From a bacterium (GTDB lineage Bacteria; Sysuimicrobiota; Sysuimicrobiia; Sysuimicrobiales; Humicultoraceae): a DNA stretch of 54,161 nt. The position numbers were made by a program, and so were the translations under genes. Location of the stretch: the NCBI GenBank assembly GCA_041497675.1, contig JBGQGY010000009.1:1-54161 (forward strand). Reading direction: 5' to 3'. Below, piece after piece: positions 28,572-37,681 of this stretch (its first letter is position 1; each line of letters opens with the position of its first letter). Below the pieces are notes generated by a model. The model had not been told where the DNA came from and did not search any database. It saw only the letters and a program-made list of their open reading frames with translations.

Positions 28572-30668
28572 TTAGTCGGGCTCGATCTCGACGCCGGCGA
28601 GCAGCCGGGCGTCCTGTGGGGAGGCGTGACCTTCGATGACGTCGGCGGCCACGCGCGCCAATCGTCGCAACTCTCTGGCGCGTTGCCCAAACGCAAACCA
28701 TCGGCGCGAGAGTCGTCGAAGCGCCGGAAGGCTCTGCCGCGCGCCAAGACGGGTGAGCACCTCCAGCGCGGCGCGCTTGAGTTCGAGCTGGCGTCCGAAG
28801 AGGTCGCGGCGTTCGAGCATCGTGAGCAGTTGAGACAGCATGGTCCACGCGTGTCCCGTGTCGAGCGACTGCAGGACGCGCACACGGATCCGCTCGTCGG
28901 CGTCGGGGAGGAACCCGACGAGCGCCGTTTGGGCGTTGTCCGTGCCGATCGCGGCGAGCGCCATGACCGTCTCGCGGCGCACCCGGTAGTCGGGATGATG
29001 CACCAGGCGGCCGAGGTGCGCGACCGCCTTGGGATCGTGCATCCGTCCGAGGACGTTGGCGACGTTTCGGACCACGTACCAGCGTTGGTCATCGACCACC
29101 TTGCCCAATAGGTCGATCTTGCCCGCGCCGAGCTCGATCAGCAGATCGCAGACCATCGCCCGCATCGGGCCGCGGGTCTCCATGCCCAGCACGCGCACGA
29201 GCGGCGCGACCAGATCGTCGGCGAGCGGCTTGAGACAGGCGCGGATGTCGTTCTCGGGGAGAGTGTCACGCGCGGCCCACAATGCCGCGAGCAGGCGGTC
29301 GAGCATTGCGGCGTCCGTCATTCGCTGGAGGATGCCCTCGGCGACCTTCCGGCGCGGGCCGACCTCCTGCGTTGCGATCACCTTCGTCCGATCGAGGACC
29401 AACGCGAGTGTGGCGAACTCCTGCTCCTGCACGAGCCAGGGCAGATGCGCGGCCAACGCGTCGCCGATGTCCACCAGTTCCTTGTCGCCGGTTTCCTGCG
29501 CGAGGGCGTCGACGAGCGTGCGGATCACTTCGTGGGTGATGTCGCGTTCGTCGAGCGTGACCTGGGTCTTCAAACGCTCCGCCGCCTCGTCGGCGACGGC
29601 GCTGTCGGTCGCCATGAACAGGAATTCTTGGGGGAGGTCGGGTTCGGTTCGTCGCGCCGGGTAGTCGAGCCGCGGGAAGACCGCGCCCGTGAGCCACGCG
29701 GCGCTGTGCTGAGGTTGGCGAAGCCGTGTGTCGAGGATCGCCAGCACCGCCTTCGTCTTCTGCTGATCCGTTCTCAGCGCGTGCAGGAAGACGGTCACCT
29801 GGTCGGCCAGATCCCCGCCGCCGACCGATCCGTGTATGAGATGCGCCAATTGGTCGGTCGTCAGGTGTTCGCCGAGTCGCGCGGCGACGTCGCGGCCGTC
29901 GGGGTGGAGCAGCGCGCGCGCTAAGAGCGTCCGGAGCGGCTCGCGCACCATGATGTGCGCCTCAGCCAGGTTGGCATACAGCCGGTCCTGGTCTTCAAAT
30001 GGTTCGTCGAGCATCATGCGGTCGAGACTGCGGAGCAGTTGCGAGACCTCACCGACCCGATCGTCCTCCGCGAGGCTCTCGGAGACCCCCTCGAGCATCG
30101 AGTACGCGCGCTCGAGGAAGACGCGGGTCCCGTCGGGGCCGCCGCGGAGCATATCGAGGATCCGCTCGCGGTCCTCCGGCTCGAGATCACCGCGCCCCAA
30201 CCACTCGAAGATGGCGTTCAGGTCCGCCGGCTGGAGGTCTTCATCGCTTTCCAGCGCCATCTCCGCAACCTGGATGTTGCCGATGCTGGACTGACGCATC
30301 AAGTGGCGGATGCCGCCGGCCTCCTCCAGACTGCGGCGATCCATGCCGATGATCGACACGAACCCCATCAACCCCTGCTCGCTGACGGCGGCCATGATCT
30401 TGATCTGCGCGACACCCCGAGTGTACAGGTGCATGGCGAGGTTCGAATGCGACCCGCCCCTGAACGGAGTGCCGTCGATGGAGACGGCGTACTTCCCAAC
30501 GCGCAGCCCGAACGGACCGTACGCTTCCATGTACGGATGGAGCAGCGCCATCAGGCCTGCTACTGCCCGCTGGGTGACGGGGTGTGGTCCTGGGTAGAGT
30601 GCGACCGTCTTGACGGCCGCGGCCATCGCCCGCAGCAGGCGATCCGTCGCCTGTGTCTTTGCCTCCAT
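28572..30668 (-). CDS. HEAT-repeat protein with uncharacterised N-terminal domain
   Basis: 698 aa; C-terminal repeats DQRWYVVRNVANVLG, HPDYRVRRETVMAL, DADERIRVRVL; N-terminal LYPGPHP motif. Confidence 0.82.
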   Translation of the reverse strand: MEAKTQATDRLLRAMAAAVKTVALYPGPHPVTQRAVAGLMALLHPYMEAYGPFGLRVGKYAVSIDGTPFRGGSHSNLAMHLYTRGVAQIKIMAAVSEQGLMGFVSIIGMDRRSLEEAGGIRHLMRQSSIGNIQVAEMALESDEDLQPADLNAIFEWLGRGDLEPEDRERILDMLRGGPDGTRVFLERAYSMLEGVSESLAEDDRVGEVSQLLRSLDRMMLDEPFEDQDRLYANLAEAHIMVREPLRTLLARALLHPDGRDVAARLGEHLTTDQLAHLIHGSVGGGDLADQVTVFLHALRTDQQKTKAVLAILDTRLRQPQHSAAWLTGAVFPRLDYPARRTEPDLPQEFLFMATDSAVADEAAERLKTQVTLDERDITHEVIRTLVDALAQETGDKELVDIGDALAAHLPWLVQEQEFATLALVLDRTKVIATQEVGPRRKVAEGILQRMTDAAMLDRLLAALWAARDTLPENDIRACLKPLADDLVAPLVRVLGMETRGPMRAMVCDLLIELGAGKIDLLGKVVDDQRWYVVRNVANVLGRMHDPKAVAHLGRLVHHPDYRVRRETVMALAAIGTDNAQTALVGFLPDADERIRVRVLQSLDTGHAWTMLSQLLTMLERRDLFGRQLELKRAALEVLTRLGARQSLPALRRLSRRWFAFGQRARELRRLARVAADVIEGHASPQDARLLAGVEIEPD

Positions 30669-30767
30669 GAACCTTCCGCCCCACCGTTTCCGGCCAGACG
30701 AGCCCCGGCGCCGTTACCTACATAATACCCTTGTTCCCGAATGGGCGTTTGCTCACCACCTTCGGGA

Positions 30768-30792
30768 AGGATTCACCGACGGCCTGCCGAAG
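30768..30792 (+). promoter_or_regulatory. Putative sigma-H-like promoter (gaAGGAtt-N15-GAAG)
   Basis: AGGA-N17-GAA upstream of SBP copy B. Confidence 0.5.
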
Positions 30793-30850
30793 CATCGAAG
30801 TCCACTGCCAGACAGGGTTTGTGACAATTGCATCAGGGGGAGGAAGGGCT

Positions 30851-32386
30851 ATGTGGAGATACGGCTTTCTCGCGGTCGTCCTCGTCGCGATCCTGGCGCT
30901 GATACCCGCTGCGCCGTCGCTGTCGGGGCCGGCCGTCCAGCCCAAACGCGGCGGGACGCTGACCGTGGGGATCAACGCCGATGCGGCCACGTTGAACCCG
31001 TTCGTCTTCCGGTTCAACATCGAACGGAACATTCTCCATATGACGAACGAGACGCTGCTGAACTACGATCTCAAGACGTTCGAGCTGGCGTACACGGGCG
31101 CGCTTGAGTCCGTGCAGGCCGCGCCAAACGGCCTCTCGTACACGCTGCGGTTGTGGGCCAACATGAAGTTTCACGACGGGAGCCCGGCGACTGCCGAGGA
31201 TCTCAAGTGGTCGCTGGAAAAGGCGGCGCAGCCGACGTCCGGTCGCACCTACGCGCTGCTGACGTTGATGGACCGTGTCGAGGTCGTCGACCCACGGACG
31301 GTCCGGGTGATCCTGAAGAGCGCGGACAACATCTTTACCGACACGATGGTGGACGTCTGGCTGGCGAAGAAGGACACACCGGACGCGGAGTTGGCCACGA
31401 AACCCAACGGCACGGGACCCTTCAAGCTGGTCCGCTGGGACCGCGCCCAGGAGATCCAGTTCGAACGCAACCCCGACTATCACGTGCGGGGCAAGCCGTA
31501 CCTCGATCGGCTGATCTTCCGGATCATTCCGGACGACACGGTCAGGATGCTGCAGATCTCGAACAAGCAGATCGACTTTATCGATATCTTTCCCGTGGCC
31601 AGCGTCGCGCAGTTCAAGATGAACCGCGACCTGCAGGTGTACGAGGTGCGCGGCGACAAGGCCGTCGCGCTCGTGTACTTCTGCCTAAGTGACGTCAGCC
31701 CACCGTTCAACGACAAACGCGTCCGGCAGGCGGCGAGCCTGGCGATCGACCGGGCGAAGATCAAAACTCTGCTGTTCGGCCTGCATGACGCGCGCGGGAC
31801 CTCCATCTCAAAGGCGAGCCCTTTCTTCGCACAGGGCGTGCCGGACTACTCTCGCCGGAACGTCGAGCGGGCGAGACAGCTGCTGGCCGAGTCGGGGAAT
31901 CCCAACCCCGAGTTCGAGTTGATATACCATACCGGGTTCGCCGAGGACATCATTGCCCAGGCGGTCGAGCAGTCGCTGAAGGACGTCGGGTTTCGCGTGA
32001 ACCTCCGCCCGGCGGAAATCGGTCAGTACGTGGCGCAGGTGCTGACACCGCCGTTCAGGTTCCAGGGTGGGCTGACCTGGATCGTCCCCAAGCCCAACCC
32101 GTACGACCAGATCAACCATCCGTACGGCAAGCTCAACGGCCAGGCGCTGCAGTACGCGCGGGTGAACCAGGGGTTCTACGACAAGCTGCAGGCGGCCCGG
32201 ACGCTCGCGAATGTCGATCAGTTCAAGGCGGCGATCGTCGATCTGCAGAAGATGGTGGCCGAGGATCAACCGGCCATCATCGTGGGCGGCAAAGTCTTCA
32301 ATCACGCGTCCTACAAGTACGTGAAGGATTTCAACATCCACCCGCAACAGCGGCTCTTCTTTACCGACGTGTGGCTGGACAAGTAA
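30851..32386 (+). CDS. Opp/Dpp family-5 ABC SBP (copy B, close paralog of 25655..27202)
   Basis: GGAGG RBS; long identical stretches with copy A. Confidence 0.92.
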   Translation: MWRYGFLAVVLVAILALIPAAPSLSGPAVQPKRGGTLTVGINADAATLNPFVFRFNIERNILHMTNETLLNYDLKTFELAYTGALESVQAAPNGLSYTLRLWANMKFHDGSPATAEDLKWSLEKAAQPTSGRTYALLTLMDRVEVVDPRTVRVILKSADNIFTDTMVDVWLAKKDTPDAELATKPNGTGPFKLVRWDRAQEIQFERNPDYHVRGKPYLDRLIFRIIPDDTVRMLQISNKQIDFIDIFPVASVAQFKMNRDLQVYEVRGDKAVALVYFCLSDVSPPFNDKRVRQAASLAIDRAKIKTLLFGLHDARGTSISKASPFFAQGVPDYSRRNVERARQLLAESGNPNPEFELIYHTGFAEDIIAQAVEQSLKDVGFRVNLRPAEIGQYVAQVLTPPFRFQGGLTWIVPKPNPYDQINHPYGKLNGQALQYARVNQGFYDKLQAARTLANVDQFKAAIVDLQKMVAEDQPAIIVGGKVFNHASYKYVKDFNIHPQQRLFFTDVWLDK

Positions 32387-32401
32387 CCGACGATTCGAGG
32401 A

Positions 32402-32435
32402 GTGAGGCCGGGGGCGCCGACGCCTCCGGCCTCAC
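32402..32435 (+). terminator. 15-bp hairpin after SBP copy B
   Basis: GTGAGGCCGGGGGCG-CCGA-CGCCTCCGGCCTCAC (one G:U), followed by GTGTT. Confidence 0.55.
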
Positions 32436-32457
32436 GTGTTCCTGAAGGGGGAGAGGC

Positions 32458-33468
32458 ATGATTCTGGAGACCACCCCGGCATCGCAGATCGATTGGGATT
32501 CGCCCGGGAAGCGGTTGTACCACGTGCCGTTCACACTCGATGGAACCTGGGGCCGCGTGCGGGTGCCGCTCTGCGTGTGGTGCGCGCCGCGCCCGGGTAA
32601 GACCGTGGTCGCCATCGGAGGCACGCACGGGAACGAGTACGAAGGGCCCGTCGGCCTCAAACGGCTGATCCGGGATCTCGACGCGTCGTCACTGGCCGCC
32701 GGGCGTCTGATCGTCATTCCCGTCCTGAACGTCCCGGCGTTTGCCGTCGGCCGGCGCGAGTCGCCCTTGGATAACGGCAACATGAATCGCGCGTTTCCAG
32801 GCCGTACCGATGGCACCATTACCAGCCGGATCGCCCGCTTTACCGGCGACGAAGTGCTGGCGCGCGCCGACATCGTCGTGGACATCCATTCCGCCGGCGA
32901 CACCTACGAGATCGCGCGGTGTGCCTCGTTCCACATGGTCGAGGACCGGGCGCAGTTTGAGGCCATCCGCGACACCGCCTTCGTCTTTGGCATGCCGTGG
33001 GTCTGGATCTACGCCCGGGGCATGGGCACCGGGCTGCTCACCGAGCACGCGGAGGCTCTGGGGAAGATCACCATCGGCGGCGAGTTTGGGTATGGAGCGT
33101 CGACCGATCTGCAGGGCGTGCGGTGGGCGTACCACGGGGTGCTCAACGTCATGCGTAAGCATGGAGTGCTGAAAGGCGTCGTTGAGACCCTGCTGCCGCC
33201 CGAGCACGATCGTCAGCGGTTTGTATCATCGGCCGATCTGGAAACCTGGATGACCGCGCCCGTCAGCGGCATCAGCGAGCCCGTCATCCCGCTGGGAACC
33301 TTCGTCAAGCGCGGGCAGCCTGTCGCATTGATCCACGACTTCGAGCGGATCGACGAACCGCCCGTTGAGATTCGGGCGAATCTGGATGGCTATTTGCTCG
33401 TCCGTCGCTTCAAGGCGCCGACGACGCAAGGCGACGTCGTCGCCGTTGTTGCCCAGGAAATCGTGTGA
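32458..33468 (+). CDS. Succinylglutamate desuccinylase/aspartoacylase (AstE/AspA, DoeB-like) deacylase
   Basis: GGTHGNEYEG, NMNRAFPG, VDIHS, GGEFG. Confidence 0.88.
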   Translation: MILETTPASQIDWDSPGKRLYHVPFTLDGTWGRVRVPLCVWCAPRPGKTVVAIGGTHGNEYEGPVGLKRLIRDLDASSLAAGRLIVIPVLNVPAFAVGRRESPLDNGNMNRAFPGRTDGTITSRIARFTGDEVLARADIVVDIHSAGDTYEIARCASFHMVEDRAQFEAIRDTAFVFGMPWVWIYARGMGTGLLTEHAEALGKITIGGEFGYGASTDLQGVRWAYHGVLNVMRKHGVLKGVVETLLPPEHDRQRFVSSADLETWMTAPVSGISEPVIPLGTFVKRGQPVALIHDFERIDEPPVEIRANLDGYLLVRRFKAPTTQGDVVAVVAQEIV

Positions 33469-33479
33469 GGGGAGAGGAC

Positions 33480-34358
33480 ATGACGCAGACTACGCACGTG
33501 CCGGTTCCGCAGCAGTACCGTTACGAGCTTTTGACCTGGCCTGAGATCAACGAAGCGGTGGCCGCGAAGAAGGTCGTGGTGTTGCCGGTTGGATCGACGG
33601 AGCAGCACGGTCATCATCTACCGCTCGATGTCGATGCCAAACTGGCGTCGTCGGTCGTCTACGAGGCGGGTCGCCGGTCGCCGGAACACATCTTGATCCT
33701 TCCACCGGTCGCCTACGGGTACACGCATCACGTGATGGATTTTCCGGGCACCATCAACATCGAGCCGACGACGTTCGTGAGGTTCTTGATCGACATCGGC
33801 CGGTCGGTCGCCTACCATGGCTTCACCCGGATGATCATTGTCAACGGCCACGGGTCGAATCATCCCTTAGTCGAGCAGGCCGCCCGGCAGATCACCCTGC
33901 AGACGAACGCGCTGTGCATGAACCTGTCGTGGTGGCAACTGGTCGCGGACTACTGGAACAAGGAAGTCCGCACGTCCGTCATTCCCGGTGGTTGCGCGCA
34001 TGCCTGCGAACTGGAGACGTCGATGTACATGCACGTGGACGGCGGGCAGGTCCGCGCCGACCGCATCAAAGGGAAACCGGCCGACTACATGCGGATCCCC
34101 GGCGCCGGGCCGTGGCAGTACACGGATCTGACCGCGGGGAACGGCCCCATCACACTCGTCGAGTGGACATCTTCGTATACTGAGACCGGGTCGTTCGGCG
34201 AACCGGAGAAGGCCACGCCCGAAAAGGGGCGACTCACGTTCGAAAAAGCCGCGCAGCAGATGGTCGACCTGGTGCGATGGTTCCGCACCCGCCCCGCGCC
34301 CGAACGCCGGCCCCGGCAGGCGACGCCTCCGGCGTTTGATCTTCCGTTTCAGTTCTGA
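33480..34358 (+). CDS. Creatininase-family amidohydrolase
   Basis: LPVGSTEQHGHHLPLDVD, FPGT, NGHGSN, HACELETS. Confidence 0.92.
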   Translation: MTQTTHVPVPQQYRYELLTWPEINEAVAAKKVVVLPVGSTEQHGHHLPLDVDAKLASSVVYEAGRRSPEHILILPPVAYGYTHHVMDFPGTINIEPTTFVRFLIDIGRSVAYHGFTRMIIVNGHGSNHPLVEQAARQITLQTNALCMNLSWWQLVADYWNKEVRTSVIPGGCAHACELETSMYMHVDGGQVRADRIKGKPADYMRIPGAGPWQYTDLTAGNGPITLVEWTSSYTETGSFGEPEKATPEKGRLTFEKAAQQMVDLVRWFRTRPAPERRPRQATPPAFDLPFQF

Positions 34359-34359
34359 C

Positions 34360-35472
34360 GTGCGCGCTCGGGCCCGCGATCTCGGTATCCGGATCGGCCG
34401 CCTGTCGCCCGGGCGATGGAACGCCATCACCGACGTCGCCGGTGTGCGCGTCGGTCACACGACCCTGATCTCCGGCGAAGGCCCGTTGGTTGTGGGGGAG
34501 GGCCCGGTCCGCACCGGCGTCACGACGATCGTGCCGCACGATGGCCACGTGGGCAGCGAACCGGTGTTTGCCGGCTCGCACGTGCTGAACGGCAACGGTG
34601 AGATGACGGGTGTGATCTGGGTGGAAGAGTCAGGTCTATTGACCACACCGGTGGCGATCACGAACACGCACAGCGTCGGCATCGTGCGGGATGCGATCGT
34701 CGCGTACGATGTCGCCCGCGGCGGCGATCAGGTGCGCTTCAGCTTGCCGGTGGTCGCCGAGACCTACGACGGATTTCTTTCCGACATCAACGGGATGCAC
34801 GTGAGAGCGGAGCACGTCTTCGCGGCGCTCGATGCCGCGGCGAGCGGTCCGGTCGCCGAAGGGTGTGTCGGCGGGGGCACGGGGATGATCTGCCACGGGT
34901 TCAAGGGCGGGATCGGGACGTCCTCGCGCGTCCTCCCGCGAGAGGAAGGCGGCTGGACCGTCGGGGTGCTGGTGCAGGCCAACTACGGTAGCCGGTCGCT
35001 GCTGCGGGTGGACGGCGTCCCGGTGGGCCGGGAAATTCCGGTCACCGAGGTGCCCGCACCGGGCGCACCATCGCCCGGCGCGGACGGTGGCTCCATCATT
35101 GTCATCGTGGCAACGGATGCGCCGCTCCTGCCGACGCAGTGCCGGCGGATCGCGCAGCGTGCGACGATCGGTCTGGCGCGGATGGGCAGCCTCGGGGGCA
35201 ATTCCAGCGGTGACATCTTTCTCGCGTTTTCAACCGGCAACCGTGGACTGGCGGGTCCCGCCGGCCCGGGCGAGACCCGCGCCCTGCGCATGATCCCCAA
35301 TGAGGCCAACACCCCGCTGTTCGAAGCCACCGCCGAGGCCACCGAGGAAGCGATCGTCAACGCCTTGTGCATGGCGACCACGACAACCGGCATCGAGGGT
35401 CGCGTGGCGCACGCGATCCCGCTGGACCGGCTGCGCCAGGTGATGCGAGACTACCGCCGGCTTACCGAGTGA
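34360..35472 (+). CDS. DmpA-like (S58/P1 family) L-aminopeptidase/D-esterase
   Basis: NAITDVAGVRVGH, NGNGEMTG, GGGTGM, KGGIG, autocleavage site G|SIIV, SGDIF, EATEEAI. Confidence 0.92.
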   Translation: MRARARDLGIRIGRLSPGRWNAITDVAGVRVGHTTLISGEGPLVVGEGPVRTGVTTIVPHDGHVGSEPVFAGSHVLNGNGEMTGVIWVEESGLLTTPVAITNTHSVGIVRDAIVAYDVARGGDQVRFSLPVVAETYDGFLSDINGMHVRAEHVFAALDAAASGPVAEGCVGGGTGMICHGFKGGIGTSSRVLPREEGGWTVGVLVQANYGSRSLLRVDGVPVGREIPVTEVPAPGAPSPGADGGSIIVIVATDAPLLPTQCRRIAQRATIGLARMGSLGGNSSGDIFLAFSTGNRGLAGPAGPGETRALRMIPNEANTPLFEATAEATEEAIVNALCMATTTTGIEGRVAHAIPLDRLRQVMRDYRRLTE

Positions 35473-35509
35473 ACAGACCGCCGGCAGGTCACGCCATCAA
35501 CGATGTAGC

Positions 35510-36484
35510 TCAGCGGCGCTCGACGGCAGCGCGATTGACGGCGTTCTTTGGCGCTTCACCCCGCAGCACCCGCACAACGTCCTCCGACACCTCACGCTTG
35601 AGTGTCGGGAACGACGCGTCGGAGTAAAATGCGACGTGCGGCGTCAGGATCACGTTGGACATCGATCGCAGGGGATGATCCGCCGGCGGCGGCTCCTGCT
35701 CGAGCACGTCGAGGGCCGCCGCCCTGAGGCGTCCGGACTGCAGGGCGGCGACGAGGGCGTCCGTGTCGACGACACCGCCCCGAGAGGTGTTGATGAGCAC
35801 CGCCCCCGGTTTCATCAGTGCCAACCGCTCGCCGTTCATCAGATGCCGCGTCTCCTGGTTGAGCAGGGTGTGCAGCGTGACAAAGTCCGCTTGCTTCAAC
35901 AGGTCCGCCAGCGACGTCGGTTCGACCCCGAGTTCAGCAAAGCGTTCGTCGGCAATGTACGGGTCGTGCCCGAGCAACCGGAACCCCAGCGGTACCGTCC
36001 GGCGGGCCACCGCGCTACCGATCCGGCCGACGCCGATGATCCCCAGCACGCGGCCGCGTAAGCGCTGTATCGCCCGTGCCGATTCGATCGACCACCGCCC
36101 TTCACCGAAGTGCTCACGCAGCGGAAAGAGCTGGCGGGTCACCGCCATGAGCAGCGCGAGCGTGTGGTCGGCCACCTCTTCGGTGCAGTAGTCCGGACAG
36201 TTGCACACATAGACGCCGCGCGCGCTCGCCGCGGCCACATCGATGGTGTCGAAGCCGACCCCGTAGCGACCGATGACCTTGAGCCGCGGGAGCGCGTTGA
36301 CGATCGCCGGTGTGATCTGCGCGTATTGCACCAGGAGCGCATCGGCGTCACGGGCGCGGGCGATCAACTCATCGGGGCTCTGTGTTTTGAGGATCTCAAA
36401 GGTCATGTCGGCGTGTTCGAACACCGCGCGCTCGACGCCGTGATCGGTGAAGTCGCTGTCGGTCATGTAGACACGGAAGCTCAC
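35510..36484 (-). CDS. D-isomer-specific 2-hydroxyacid dehydrogenase (CtBP-like)
   Basis: GGAGG RBS and GTG at 36484; RYGVGFD, EEVADH, GVGRIG, INTSRG, LDV..EP, TPHVA. Confidence 0.92.
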   Translation of the reverse strand: MSFRVYMTDSDFTDHGVERAVFEHADMTFEILKTQSPDELIARARDADALLVQYAQITPAIVNALPRLKVIGRYGVGFDTIDVAAASARGVYVCNCPDYCTEEVADHTLALLMAVTRQLFPLREHFGEGRWSIESARAIQRLRGRVLGIIGVGRIGSAVARRTVPLGFRLLGHDPYIADERFAELGVEPTSLADLLKQADFVTLHTLLNQETRHLMNGERLALMKPGAVLINTSRGGVVDTDALVAALQSGRLRAAALDVLEQEPPPADHPLRSMSNVILTPHVAFYSDASFPTLKREVSEDVVRVLRGEAPKNAVNRAAVERR

Positions 36485-36503
36485 GCTGATCCTCCGATGC
36501 GCG

Positions 36504-37664
36504 CTAGGGGCGGCGAACGTTGGCCTGACGCCTGTGCCAATCCGTCGCCCAGAGGTTGAAGTGTCCGGGCTGGTGCGGGTGCGCCGCAATGACGTCCTCG
36601 TCGAGCCGGATACCGAGACCCGGCGTCTCGGGGAGTTGGAAATACCCGTCTGTGACCTCGGGGACGCCGGGGACCGCGGCCTTGACCCAGGGGTTCGTGA
36701 AATCATCGAAGCACTCGAGGATCTTGAAATTCGACAGCGTAAAGCACACGTGGACGGACGCCGCGGTGGCAACCGGTCCCTGCGAGTTGTGCGGCGCCAC
36801 GGTCACGTAGTACACGTCGGCCATGGCCGCCACTTTCTTCGTCTCGAGCAGCCCGCCGACGTGGAGGACATCGGGCATAATCACGTCACAGGCCTGCAAT
36901 TCGAGGACTTCGCGATATCCCCAACGGGTATAGAAGCGCTCTCCGGTGGCAATCGGTACGCTCGTCTGCTGTGCAACTTTCTGCAGCGCGCGCAGATTCT
37001 CTGGGGGGACGGGTTCCTCGAACCATGTGACGTCGAGCCGTTCCAGTTCGCGTGCGATGCGGATGGCCTGGTTGGGGCTGAACCGACCGTGTCCTTCGAC
37101 CAGGATCTCGACGTCTGGACCGATCGCCTCGCGCAGCGCGGCCACGATGTCGATCGACAAGGCGAACTCACGACGATCGAGTTCGTACTGCCCGGGTCCG
37201 AAGGGGTCGCACTTCATCGCCCGGTAGCCTCGCGCCAGGACGGCCTTCGCGCGCTCGGCAAACCCCTGGGGAGTCCGTTCGCCCGTGTACCAGCCGTTGG
37301 CGTAGGCTTTCAGGCGCGGCTGCACCTGACCGCCGAGCAGCCGCCACACCGGCTGCCCGGTGAGTTTCCCAAGAATATCCCAGCACGCGATCTCGATGCC
37401 GCTGAGCACCGACAGCGGGATATCGCCGCCGCGCCAGAAGTCGTCGCGGTACATACGCAGCCACAGATCTTCGATGTTGCGGGGATCGCTACCGATGACG
37501 TGACGGTGGAGCGCACCCTGTAGATACCCGAGGATGCCCTCGTCCCGGTTGGTGAGCGACGCTTCGCCGATCCCGGTGAGGCCCTCATCGGTTTCCACTT
37601 TAAGGAAGATCAGGTTGCGCCAGACATCGTGCAGAACGAGCGGGGTGACCCGCGTGATCTTCAC
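36504..37664 (-). CDS. Enolase-superfamily acid-sugar dehydratase (galactonate dehydratase-like)
   Basis: SGIEIACWDILGK, YANGW, KCD, EGHGR, EEP, GER, MPD, APHN. Confidence 0.88.
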   Translation of the reverse strand: MKITRVTPLVLHDVWRNLIFLKVETDEGLTGIGEASLTNRDEGILGYLQGALHRHVIGSDPRNIEDLWLRMYRDDFWRGGDIPLSVLSGIEIACWDILGKLTGQPVWRLLGGQVQPRLKAYANGWYTGERTPQGFAERAKAVLARGYRAMKCDPFGPGQYELDRREFALSIDIVAALREAIGPDVEILVEGHGRFSPNQAIRIARELERLDVTWFEEPVPPENLRALQKVAQQTSVPIATGERFYTRWGYREVLELQACDVIMPDVLHVGGLLETKKVAAMADVYYVTVAPHNSQGPVATAASVHVCFTLSNFKILECFDDFTNPWVKAAVPGVPEVTDGYFQLPETPGLGIRLDEDVIAAHPHQPGHFNLWATDWHRRQANVRRP

Positions 37665-37681
37665 CGCATTGGCCTCCAGTA

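Noticed and set aside
30669..30780. c-di-GMP-I riboswitch upstream of the HEAT/HD-GYP pair (GCAAAC on minus strand)
   Set aside because: No GNRA-capped stem or GACGCAAA segment follows
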